A stretch of DNA of 52,382 bases, the filler included, from Bipalium vagum (Eukaryota): the NCBI GenBank assembly GCA_037834085.1. It is 3 parts of 3 records of this genome, joined end to end, with 100 filler letters (N's around TTAATTAATTAA, not from the genome) between each part and the next. Parts side by side here need not be neighbours in the genome. Positions count along the whole stretch, not along the records: positions 18,027 to 36,049 come from JBBMKC010043664.1; positions 36,150 to 52,382 come from JBBMKC010121268.1; 1 more part is not named here. One strand, given 5' to 3'. The notes under the pieces are model-generated. The model did not search any database. It was not told the DNA's origin and was given only the letters and a program-made list of their open reading frames with translations. A program made the position numbers and the translations under genes. This document shows, piece by piece, positions 24,332 through 36,359 of the stretch (position 1 is its first letter; every line of letters begins with the position of its first letter).

Positions 24332-27300
24332 ACACAACCTCCGTAGACTGAAAGGAATTCTCATACAGGAAATAAGCATGAAGGTAGTGAATTGTGAATA
24401 ATTTGTAACTAAATTTCTGCCTTACTTAATTAAAACAAACAAAAAATATCAGAGCTAAAACGTCACCAACTCATCATCACTAAGGTTGTGTTTCCAACCT
24501 TTATTGTCAAAAAAAATTCCATGAAAGTATTTTCTGAAGCCACGAGATTTTGTTTTAATGAATGATCTGTTACTGAGATGTAATTTTAACTAGAAATTAT
24601 TCGATGAAAATTTGCGCGTTTGAAAATAAACAATGAAGAAAATCGATAATTGTTAATAAATATTGTGTCACAAAAAAAGAAAGAGTAATAAAAAAATTTT
24701 TCCATTAAAAAAAATTATTATTTATTATTAACTTTAGGTTCCGAAACGTAATCCTGCTTTTTTCACCATTCAAACAAAATATTAGAAGAAAAAATTGATT
24801 ATTATTATTATTCACTTTAAATATGTTTTCAGCCAATCATTAATGGAGAAATATAAATTCCTGACAGAAAAAATTGGGAATACTGTAAAATTCTGATTTT
24901 TAAAAAACTTTTAATTCTATGAAAAACCCAACATAATTCATCAACGTTCCCATTTTCTTGTTAATGTTTTTCTGTTTTCACTCCTCAATTTCAGTTAGCC
25001 CTCGAATTCAACATTCCAATTTATTAAATTATCTTTACCATAGGTTCCAGACAAACCATCTCACTAAACTGTCCATTGTACTTCGCTTACTAGATGAGCT
25101 CTTTCAGATCTTCAAGATTTTCGTACTTGGAAACATACAGACGACGAAAAACTGCTTCATAGAAATCTTTGATCTACCCTCACGGTTTTAGCTATTGACC
25201 AAATAAGTTATCAAGGGTGTTTGATAATCATAATCTCCGTGAACATATCCCTTGACAAATCAATAAACAGTAATGAAAGCACACAAATGGTACATAACAA
25301 ATCCCTGTACAACTTCTCTCTTTCCAACTGCTAAGATATTTTCCTTTAAAAAATTACAGCCCTGAGCCATTTTCTTAAATCAAAACAAAACGAAAAAGAA
25401 TATTTTTTTTCCATTCTTAAAACTCCATTTTGTTTCTCCGTTTAGAATTTTTATTTTATTTTATATTTTTAACTTTTAATCGTTGTAAAAAAAGTGAGAA
25501 AAAATTAAGAAAAAATAATTTTCAATTTTTTTCAAAGACCGCACATGGCTTTTGAACAGAAACTAACGATCACAATATTTCATATCTCAATTTTATTTAA
25601 AAATAAAAATTCAAGTTTTCTTTTTAATTTAAAATTAATTTAATTAATATTTCTTTAGAAAAAATTTAATTTTCTGAAATTCCTTAATCTATGAAAATTC
25701 TGATGTTCCAAATCATTGCCCCAATTTAATAGGAAGGAAAACTGACAATAATCTGACTATAACCAAAATCATAAACTTTGTTATATTAGAATATTTCGTT
25801 TAATACCATAAAGCATTTATTATTCCGATCAATATTAATTGAAAATTGTTAAAATCGATTAAAATTTCATCATATCAATTTACAACAAAACTGAAGATAA
25901 TTTCATTTTATTATTGATTTTTGAAAAGGTTGTGTGCGTGTGTTGTTATGTAATATTGTGAGTGAGACATGGAGCGAGTGTGTTAAATTTTGTCTCACTC
26001 GTTGTCTGAGCTGGATTTTCATTATGCACACCATACGGGCACACACCGCTGATATCGATTTTTTTCTGGCCTGCATTAGTCACGTGACAAATTGTCAGAT
26101 GAAAAATTCAGCGTTTCAGTGGGACGATTCACGATTTTTCGTTCGCCGGTTTTTTGTTTTAATTCAATTAATCATTAATGTTTTTATTATTTTTTTAACT
26201 TAATTAATTAATTATCATTTTTCCTAATTAAATATTTATTGGTTATATATTATTATTTTTGGCGGAATAAAATTATTTTTAAACAAATAAATTTTTATTG
26301 TTATTTCTTTTTTAATTTTGTTAAATTTTTTTATGTTGTGATTGGATCATTATTTTAGAGAAAAAATTAAACAAATTTGAAATAATCTTGAGAAAGTTAT
26401 TAAAATATTTCTTATTCTATATTTTATTGTAAGTATAAATATAAAGTTAGAGTCCTTGTTACTATGGTACCGACGTGGAATTCACTTTTGAAAAAGAGAA
26501 AGAAGAACTTGGTTCCATCATATTTCCGTGTTTACGTCCTGGAACAAGAATTCTTTCGAGTCCTCTTCCCGTACTTTACACTGATGATACGTTACAGGAG
26601 ACCACAGTTTTATTAATATTCATCTGTGCTGGTTATCTTTTAATTTTACAAAGCTTTTATTATTAAGTTTCTTATCTTTGTCTTTTTGTTTTCCTTTCTT
26701 CCAATAAAATTGATTAATTGGTGTGAATAGACATGCTCACTATTAATAATAACAAAGGAAACAATAAAAAAGTTATACTATAATACAATCCATTATAGTA
26801 TAACTTCAATAACTTGCTCGGACAAGTAGAGGGGTTTTGTTGTGTAATTATTATTATTATTAGAAATAGTAGTAGTAGTAGTTTAGTTAGCTAATCTTTT
26901 TTAATTTCATTTTTGTCATTCTTAACCAATAATAATAACAATATTAAATCAATTAAAATTGAAAATAAAATCAAAGTTTTTGAGATTATGTCAAAACCTG
27001 CGTCAGATTTCAGAAATAATTAAGAACATTTTCTATGTACAAATCCAAATAAAATGTTGTTGTAAAAAGAGAGAAAACAATTTCATATTGATATGAATGA
27101 GAAATGTATAATTTCATTATTGATTAATAAAGTTTTGTTTGAACTGAGTTATCGAATATTAAATTATTGACTGAAAACGGTCATTATTTTTGAACCAACC
27201 TAATAATAAAATTTAATTCCGTCATAAATGTTGTCATAGCAGCAGCTGAACAAAAATCTGAATGATTTCGGTACGAACTTTTGACACAAATCTTTCTTTT

Positions 27301-28349
27301 TTAGTATTATATGTGGAAATATAAACTGAGGTTTATTTTTGTTATCAAAATATGGGACATTTCAAAATTGGTGAGGAATAAATTTTTATATTGCATTAAT
27401 TAAAATAATTTTATTAATTATTATATAAAATTTAGAGTAATTAAAATAAAAGAAATTTATTATAATAAATATAATATTTAAATTTTAAGAAAGATAATAA
27501 TGATAATAGAAAATGTATTACCGTGACATGTAACTTTGATAAGGTAAAATATGGAAAATGATAATAATTACATAGTCTTAGAAAATAAGATTCTAAATCC
27601 ATGTGCGATGGAATTTTAAATTGTTTTGATGAATTAATAATCTTCTTTAATATATATGTTAGAACGCAGAAATGTTGTAATTGGACCCTTGTCTTTAAAG
27701 AGAGTCTAGATTATGTATTGATTCTTAAGAGATCATCTTATCGTCTGCTTAATTATGCTTTATTCGCCTGTAAAAATCTAATTTTGTTTCTCACGATTAC
27801 AACTATAATTAATTGCTGCTCCGGAAAATGACATCTTAGTGGATTACGATAATATTGGAACTGAAAACTAGAGGGCCTACATAAATATGAGTCATCATAT
27901 TCACTCCTCGTCCAATTAAAAACCTGACGATGAAACATGTGCACAATTACCAAGACTATCATGATGCCAATTGATGTATCACGAATAGGGCTTAGTCTTG
28001 AACACGGAGTCTCAAAGTGACCATTAGCTTTGAAGGGAAGTTCACGAACCCTATCTCAGAAGTCAACTGGAAGTCACGAGTTCGACTGATATCAAGACCA
28101 GATTTGTTGCCGGAATTTCATAAAAATTTTTAAATAGGAATTGAAAATTCCCGGTTTTAATAATTAAATTGATTTGAAAATTTAAAATATTGCGTTGTCA
28201 GCATAAAATTTGTAATCAATAATTTTGTTAATTTTAATATCAGATTATTTGACATCGGTTTGATATTTTACCATTCTGATGTCTTGTTGGTAATTTATAC
28301 ATTTCTCTTGCCTAAAGTAATCTTTGTAAGCTGAAAATATTAACCAACC

Positions 28350-28630
28350 CCTATTATATTGCATGATAAAGGTAGATCGCACACTATCAAAACAGAAATT
28401 TGAAAATCACCACCCACACCCATCAGATAGACCTCATTGACTATTATTTCTTTTGCAATTTGGACAACCTTTTATTAGGAAAACAATCCAATTCCGACAG
28501 TGATATAAAACTAGCATTCCAGGAATTCATTGACCCTTGTTCACCAGGTTCTGTATGACAGGCCTAAGTAATCTGGTACTTAAATAAGAAAAGTTTATAG
28601 ACAATATTGGTTCATTCTTCAATGAATAAC
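28350..28630 (+). mobile_element. Mariner transposase C-terminal remnant
   Basis: ILHDKGRSH...HPHP..D...DYYFFCNLDNLLLGK...AFQEFI, matching HDNARPH/HPPYSPDL..DYHFF. Confidence 0.75.
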
Positions 28631-28929
28631 TCAATTCATTTTACAAATTTCAGATCTGACAACCCGATAAATTGAAAATGGCGGACTTCAAACCTTTCAA
28701 TGTTACTACAGAGTGAATACATTTTTTACAATCTTTCTGATTAAAGTAAAAATATTGATTTAAAAAAGCGAATTAAAAATTTTTTTTAGATCTACCAATG
28801 AATAATCCAAACTTCTAACCAATTTTCAAAAATATTTATTGATTTATTTTTTATTGATTACTTTTACCCATCTTTCAGGCAGCTGTTGAATTCCTACTTT
28901 AAAATATCCGGCTTTTTTGGCTTAAAATG

Positions 28930-29345
28930 GTTGTTAAGCCATTTCAATGATCTAAGGTTTGTATCTGATAATGTGTTTTGCGTCGATCGGAATAAATCAA
29001 GTCGATATCGGTATTGTAGTTTTTGAAACATACCCATATCATTTATGCATGTTAGAAACACTTTTGACATTCTCCTAATTATTGTGTAAGCTCCGGCAGT
29101 ATTTATGCCGAATTATCAGACAGATGTTGGTTTAGACATTCAATAGTCTATATTATAGGGGCACCAGGAAGTTGTTGGTCTGTAATACTGAAATAAACTC
29201 CTTCAAAATGTCAGAACTAAAATGTGCATACGTCACAATATCTTTACCATAAATGGAATGAATGGATTTAAATGCTCTGGTTACATTTTCCCCTGATCAT
29301 ATTTATAAAGAATATAGTTCGGAATATACACCTTCCGATTCTGAA
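28930..29345 (-). mobile_element. Mariner transposase N-terminal remnant
   Basis: YILYKYDQGENVTRAFKSIHSIYGKD...SITDQQLPGAP...ELTQ*LG, the mariner double-HTH pattern. Confidence 0.65.
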
Positions 29346-29534
29346 CACTGCTGCAGTTGAAATTTTTGAAGGTTCTGCTTGAATCCTTTTTTAACGAAAT
29401 CTTCTGTAAGTATTTTATCCTAAATTCTATTTGCTAAAACAATTGCATTACCTCAACAATTTAATAAAGCATTTGGATCACTCATTGGCAGACATTTATC
29501 ATTTTAATATTCAACGTTAAACATGAGATAAAAT

Positions 29535-29845
29535 TATTAGGTTGAGTAAAGCCGATTTTTTGTTATTATAAAAAAGGCTATTAAACAATACATGCACCAT
29601 TTAAATCATCGACTTTTCGCCATTTTTCATGTAATTTGAAAATCTCATCCTTCTAAAATTTCTCTCGTTTTAAATCGGCAAACTCATCTAGGTGCTTTTG
29701 ACAACCATCTAAAGACATGAAAATTTTTCCATAGAGAGAATTTTGTAAGGATAGTGTCAAATTCTATGAGTGAGGTGTGTGTGGCAAAACATCCCAGTCA
29801 AATTGCAATAACCTTTGCCGGATCTATAAAGAAACATGTGATCTC
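29535..29845 (-). mobile_element. Mariner 3' end remnant with TIR
   Basis: RQRLLQFDWDVLPHTPHS...SLQNSLYGKIFMSLDGCQKHLDEF...IFKLHEKWRKVDDLNG, ending at TIR TATTAGGTTG (29535). Confidence 0.88.
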
Positions 29846-30311
29846 CCGTTACTTTGTTGAAAGATAACACCATACTTATTGCTCAATCTCTATCACTTTT
29901 CTTCGATTTCTACCTTTAAATTATAATTATCAAGCTGGGTGCAGTACATACTGGAACCGTTTGTTTCATTTTGCTTAATCATAATAAATTATTCCTTTCC
30001 AGTCCCACAAAACACACACCGAAACATTTTACGGATGGAACTTCTTCATTGCCTGGGTTGTGTATTCACCACCTTTTCCTAAGATCTTTAAAATCCATAT
30101 TTTATCAATTCTTCGTTGTTAAAATTTTAGAATTTTTATTCGTTCAATTTTCTTTTTTTCTCATTGTCAGTACTTTTTTCTCTACCCAAACTTCTCTGTA
30201 CTCGTATTGCTATTTGAAATGTATTGATTTCATATTTATATTTGAAAAATCAATATCGACTGATAAAAAATCGATCACATTTCAAACTCAGAAATGAATT
30301 AACAAAAATCA

Positions 30312-33300
30312 ATGGCAGAACGTAGGAGAAGTACAAGATTAAAAAATTTAAAAACTACAGATGATGTTGTCCATGACGAAGAAGCTGTAAAACCTGCAAA
30401 GAAATATCGCCGAACTAAATCTGCTCAGGAAAGAAAAAGCTGTGAAATTCCAAGTGAACTGTCAAACAACGAAACTTGTAAAAGGAGAAAAAGTACAACT
30501 ACGAAAAGGAAACAATCTTTGAAATTAGATGACCAAAACCCGAAGAAATTAGATCCAGGGGACTTTGAATTTGGGAAGGGAGAACAGCTTTCTGAGATCA
30601 GTGACTTGGAATCATTAATGGAACAGGACGTGTCAGAGATAAATTATGAAAGCCTATTTGACGAGTTATTGGATCAAACTGACATAAAACAGAATGATGG
30701 TGAAAAAAATATATTTGACGAGTTTGACAAGCAGGATTTGATGGAAGTTTCTGATTTTCAATCGGAAAACCCTATGACCCAGGATAATGAAATAGATACT
30801 GCCTTTGAAATTTTAGACTTTCTCGATAATGAAGTTAAAGGGTTTGAAAATGCTGAGACAGAGGAAGGTATCTTTGACAAAACAATGTACGATCCGGAAG
30901 ATGAACCCATGTTTGAAAAAATTCCCAGTGACCGCGATTGGGATGAAGGTAAATGAATGATCTTTTTATAGATTTATAGATAAATATTTAAAATAATACA
31001 GTGAAACCTGTCAATGTTGGGCACCACTGGGATCGAACATTTTGCTCAAAATATAGAGGGTTTCTGACAGCAAAAGCCGATATTTAATTTTTATTAACAA
31101 AATTTTTGAGCGCCAAAATTAACAGGTTTCACTGCATTTCAAAGTTTTCAATAAATTTTTAAGTTTTCTGATATTATTTGAAATTCTCAATAAAAGTTCA
31201 AGATAAAATTTTATACACAGTGATGGAACAAAGAATTTGTACGCTTCACTTTCTAAGCTTAAACAGGATTTATGATGACAATCTGGTACAATTTTTGAAT
31301 GAAATATCAGTAGAAAACTTTAAAAAATAGTTAGAAATTTTTTTTAAGAATCCAAATTGTTTTTATAAAAATTCAAAAAGGGATATATTTCATTGGGAAA
31401 ATGTATTCGTACACTGCCCTTTTCCTTACAAATTCAGTTTTCGCATTTAAAACAACGAAAATATTTAATTGACCAAAATGACACTTCTTCCAATCATCTA
31501 TTTTGCCTAATTATCATCATTTTATTTTTAAAAGTTTAACATGGTACACAAAAGTCCGAATTAAATGAAGTAACCAAACACAGAATAATGTTGTTCTATT
31601 AAATAAACTTGATTTCGCAATTTTGAAAAAGAATTAAAACAATTTCATTTTACAGTTCAATATTAAATAAAAAGTTTCATTTCACAGTTCAATATTAAAT
31701 AAAAAGTTTTAAGCTGGTCCACTGCAAATGAGAAAAGATCAGGTAGACTTTCACAGACCGACAAGCAAGAGATTTTTTTAAAAAAGTAATGAAAACCCAC
31801 AAATAAGTTCTCGCAAATTTGCAGAAGACATCGTTTCAACTTCAGAAACTATTATTTGATCCAAAACTATTCGAAATCGGCGACATGAAGCTGGTTACCA
31901 TGGTAGAACCCCTAAAAAAATATTATTGTCGAAACAAACCGATAAAAAAGACTTGATTTTGCTAAAGCTCATATTGACAAACTTTTTGGAATTCTATTTA
32001 CTGATTAAAGCAAATATAATATTTTTGGTTCTGATGAGCAAAAATTTATTTAAAGAAAATTTCAGACAAAACTTGTACTACGAAATTTCATTTCAACTGT
32101 GAAACATAGAGGCGGTAGTGTTATGGTTTTGGGCTGTATGGGGGAACCTGTGGTAGGAAAACTTTTAATAATAGAGAGAATTATGGCTGTCCTGAAGTAT
32201 GTTAAAATACTCCAAGATAATTTAAGAAAAGTTATTGAAAAACGTTAATTTTTCCAAAAGGACAATGTACCGAAGTATACTGCTAAAAATAACAAATGAG
32301 TCTTTGCAATATAAGACCAAAAATGCTGCTAACTCCGCCACAATCACTAAATATTAACTCAATGGAAACTTTTTGATCGCATTTGGAGAGAAAAATTTGC
32401 CGAAAAGATCGTCATGTTGAAAAGAGCTAATTAAGGGTTTTGAACATCATGGTCGAAAAAAACTTAACCACTTTAAACTTAAAGCAGAAAAATCATTGCC
32501 CAAAAGATTCCAAGCCATAATTTACAAAGGTATACAGTACATAAAGTATTAGACATGATGTTGGTGTCGAAAATCCTAAAATTCTTAAAATACAAATTGT
32601 TTTATACATTTATATAACTTAGTTTTTATAATTAATTAATCTATGTGCATTTTTATTTCTGTTTAGATAATTTTTATAAAATATCAATTTTATTTGTTTC
32701 TTTTTGTACGTTATAGATCTAAGATATAGATTAGATTAATGAAATTAAACATATTTGAGAAAGAGAATCACGATAACTTAAGAAATTATCATAATGATTA
32801 ATAATCAAATACAAGCGGGAAATGAAATAACGATGTCATTCAATTATTCAAAAAATAAGAAACAACATAACTACAGGAGATAATTATTCAAATATTATAA
32901 AGAAAAACGGTCAAAAACCAAGTACAGTAAGTATTTTAACAATTAAAGGAATAGCGGAACAATTAGCCGAATGTGGTTAATCAACGACCGCAAGGATCGA
33001 TCTCAAAAATTCTATCAAAGACTGAAATTACCAGGGAGAGACTTTTAAAAATACCTTATTCTTCTTATTCTCCACAAATAATGTGTTGCTCAAGAATTGC
33101 AGCATTTCTCGTTATGACAGCTAGTATATTTAGATGAAAACGGTTTCAATTTGCATAAAATGCAAAATTACGGCTATTCATTGAAAAATACCAAAGGATA
33201 TGTAACGGTCCGAGCTAATAGGAGAAAAATAGGGCTGCCATTTCAGTCAATAGGATATTTCAATAAAATATGATTGATGATGCACAAAATGGAGTCTTAA

Positions 33301-34772
33301 GAATTATAATATTTCATACATCATTCCATATTTCCGGAATAATAAACAATCATCATTAGTGGTGGATAATTGCCCGTTCCATCATAGATCCGATGTTTTG
33401 CAAATTACTGAATGAAAACAGAATTGCCTATAAATCTTTACCACCATAAACACCATATCTCATTCCAGTGGAAAACTTTCCTAGCGAAATTAAGCGTAGA
33501 TAACCAGCATGTATACCTTCACCAGGATCAAGAAAAGAATTGAAAGAAAGTGGAGGAGATTGTGAGATCCTACGAAGGAGATCTTCTTACAATTTTAGCA
33601 CTTGCAAGAAGTATACTACCATCTGTTTTGGAAAGACCACCATTTATATGATTGAGAACTTTTGTTGAATGTTTATAGGAAATATTAGCTCAATATGAAA
33701 TATCACGTTTTCTATACGAAATGTTATTATTTTTTTACTAATTTTTTTAATAAAAATACTATAAAATGAAACCTGTCAATGTTGGACACCACTGGGACCG
33801 AACATTTTGCCCAAAATATAGAGGGTTCATGAAAACAAATGTCAGTATTTAATTTTTATTAATAAAATTTAGAACTTAACAGGTTAAGGAACAAAGAAGC
33901 TTACATTAATGAATAATAAATAGTTTATATTAGCGAATAACCCCTTTAACACAGGTTATTTTAAATATAATTTTTAACCTTCTTAGTATTTAACTAAATT
34001 ATTAGCCTTTACGAAGACCTTAACTGGAAGAGTCAAGATTGGTGACATTTCAGTCTTTCAATTATTATTCTAACGAATCTTACTTGCAGGACTCGCTGAT
34101 TTAAGCTTTGACGTGTACAAACAATTACAAAAGAGACCCATCAAGTCTAATTTGAGAAAGAGATGTCGAACGAAGCCCACTGAGAAGCTCAAAACCTATA
34201 AGTTTAGAGATCCCTACAACAGGGGGCTGATTTACGTAATCGACGGATACTCTCAATCTACGTTTATCAAACAGATAATCACCTATTTACAGACACTGAC
34301 ATTTAATCTCGAAAAGATCATCTCCAACATTCTCATTCCTGGAGTGAACTTCGAGGCTAATCTCTACATCAATATGCAAACGATTACGGATCTGTTTCGG
34401 GAAGAGCTGGTTCCCATGTTGACGTACTCCATTTACAATAAAGATTTAACGAATCATCACAAATCTCTGATGCTCCAGCTGGACGAAACGATTTATCAAT
34501 TGCTGAAGATGTCCATTATGAATTCAGAGTTTTACAGGTACGAAAAAGCCAAACGATACTACAATTACGACGATACAGACGAAGACAGATTCCAGACGAA
34601 ATTCGAACGAACCAGGTGGAGCAAGTTCGTTGAAAACATGTTCCTGTTCAATGCCGTCATGATCCACGAGGTGTTCATGAAGAGAACCCATGTCAGTGTG
34701 ATGAGAGCCATGTTCGAAGAATTCCAGTACTCGTTCCACATCGACGCCGAATACTGCTTGACCGAATACTGA
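30312..34772 (+). CDS. Orphan 439-aa two-exon protein: basic N-terminus, acidic/hydrophobic middle, about 200-aa predicted helical C-terminal domain
   Basis: Exon 1 30312-30948 ends GAAG|GTAAAT (phase 1). Exon 2 34090-34772 starts ttgcag|GA, also phase 1, joining ...DRDWDE-G-LADLSFDVYKQ.... Total 1320 nt, in frame. No family recognised. Confidence 0.75.
30999..31134. mobile_element. 136-bp pogo/Tc1-type MITE, copy 1
   Basis: Perfect 13-bp TIR CAGTGAAACCTGT/ACAGGTTTCACTG, preceded by TA. A second copy lies at 33764-33885. Confidence 0.85.
31216..32551 (+). mobile_element. Tc1 (DD34E) transposon remnant, near full length
   Basis: TIRNRRHEAGYHGRTP, KRLDFAKAH, FTD*SKYNIFGSD, TVKHRGGSVMVLGCM, FQKDNVPKYT and PPQSLNINSMETF in order, with many frameshifts. 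A 32-bp tandem duplication lies at 31643-31706. Confidence 0.92.
32740..33650 (+). mobile_element. IS630-like/Tc1-mariner superfamily (DDE_3 type) transposase remnant
   Basis: LDENGFNLH (about 33130), LVVDNCPFHH (about 33360) and LPP*TPYLIPVENF (about 33440); second D to E spacing about 35 codons. Confidence 0.8.
33764..33885. mobile_element. MITE copy 2 (same family as 30999-31134, damaged ends)
   Basis: Shares TGAAACCTGTCAATGTTGGRCACCACTGGGAYCGAACATTTTGCYCAAAATATAGAGGGTT with copy 1, in the same orientation. Confidence 0.85.
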
Positions 34773-35331
34773 CTATTCCTTTTCTTTCTTATTTTTTTCA
34801 ACCTCCCCAGAATGAATTGAAAAATTTCCTTTTCGCAGTGGACATGTTTAAGTAATAATAATTAATAAATAATAAAAAAAAATTATAAAGATTTGTTGAG
34901 ACTTACTGAAAATAAAACTCTTTCACAGATTTTTTGTTATTGAACTTATTTTAATTAATGTTTAAGGAAAAGAATTACTTTGAGAACTTTTTAATAGAAA
35001 ATTAATGATTGGAGGGAATAAATACAAAAATAAATTCACAAACGCGATTTTTTCCGAATAAAAAATATAAAACTCATTTAGAGGGAATAATAAAATTTTT
35101 TGAAATGATTTAAAATTGCAATAGAAATGAAAGAGAGAGAAAGTTTTATGGAAAAATATTATTCAAATATACTGTTGGGTTCGCTAAAGACACGACCCGA
35201 TGAGGTATAATAATAATTCAATAAGAATCATAATAATAATAGTGAATAAATTATTTACAATGAACTTTAAAAATATTAATATAAATGCAGTGATTTTACT
35301 AATTTTGAACTCTTTCAATAATGATCAACAC

Positions 35332-35385
<54 letters not shown>
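35332..35385. repeat. (TTA)n microsatellite
   Basis: Seen directly; explains the poly-L ORF 35200-35499. Confidence 0.95.
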
Positions 35386-35387
<2 letters not shown>

Positions 35388-36049
35388 CGGTTGCAATACA
35401 TGCTACAACAAACAAATGATTAAAAGATTACATTATAAAAACACATCCAGCCAACAGGATTTAATTCAAATATATTTCAACCCTTTTCCACAATCATAGA
35501 CTCTGTTGAAGTATTTATTCATACTGGTTAATTTGTTATTTCTAGCCGATCCAAGCTTGAGTCGAAAAAACTACGAGAGTATTTTATGTAATTGCGGATT
35601 TCAACTGGACTAATACTATTATGGATTTTGTAAATTAACAACTAAAAGATTACCAACATTTATTATTTAATATTTGTAACACATTTTATTATATCTCATG
35701 TTATAGTTTAAAACTTGAATCTGATTTTTCTAAAATATTATTAAGTCTATCACTACATTGATAGGGAAATTCTGTAAAAAATATTCCATTTTATTAAAAT
35801 AAATAATATAAAACTTTTGGTTTTGTTAATTTATACAAGTCTACTTTTAGTTTCAATAATAAACATTTCTTCCTATTGTTGGGTTTATCAAGACACCCCC
35901 CCGGGGAAAAATAAATAATAAAAATGATAAATAATGCATAAATACTAATAATAATAACATTATTATTAATATTAATAATTAAAAATTAATTAATACTTGA
36001 AAATCATTGAGAATTTCCCAGGAATTTTATTTTTAAAATACTTAAAAAG

Positions 36050-36149
36050 NNNNNNNNNNNNNNNNNNNNNNNNNNNNNNNNNNNNNNNNNNNNTTAATTA
36101 ATTAANNNNNNNNNNNNNNNNNNNNNNNNNNNNNNNNNNNNNNNNNNNN
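36050..36149. other. Artificial 100-nt scaffold spacer N44-TTAATTAATTAA-N44
   Basis: Same structure as 17927-18026. Confidence 0.95.

Positions 36150-36215
<66 letters not shown>
36150..36215. repeat. (TAT)n microsatellite at contig start
   Basis: Seen directly. Confidence 0.95.
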
Positions 36216-36216
<1 letters not shown>

Positions 36217-36359
36217 AATAAAATATTCCTTTAATTAATTCAAAGCTCATTTGAGAATCGAGAATGAAATGCCTATAAGCAGAATTTAATTAAATTTTAA
36301 ATAATAATATTAATTTTTATATTATATTATATATTTTTATCTATATAAAAATATAATCG

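Noticed and set aside
26475-26666. 63-aa ORF with hydrophobic tail
   Set aside because: No partner exons or recognisable domain; lies in an LTR-like block.
27924-27945. CTGACGA-T-GAAACATGT, a hammerhead-like core
   Set aside because: No stem II between the core halves and no clear stem I; probably chance.
34610-34720. Faint histone-fold resemblance (FVENMF...IH....KRTHV) in orphan exon 2
   Set aside because: Spacing does not fit H3/CENP-T helices; needs a profile search.
35200-35499. Poly-Leu ORF resembling a membrane protein
   Set aside because: Translation of a (TTA)n microsatellite.
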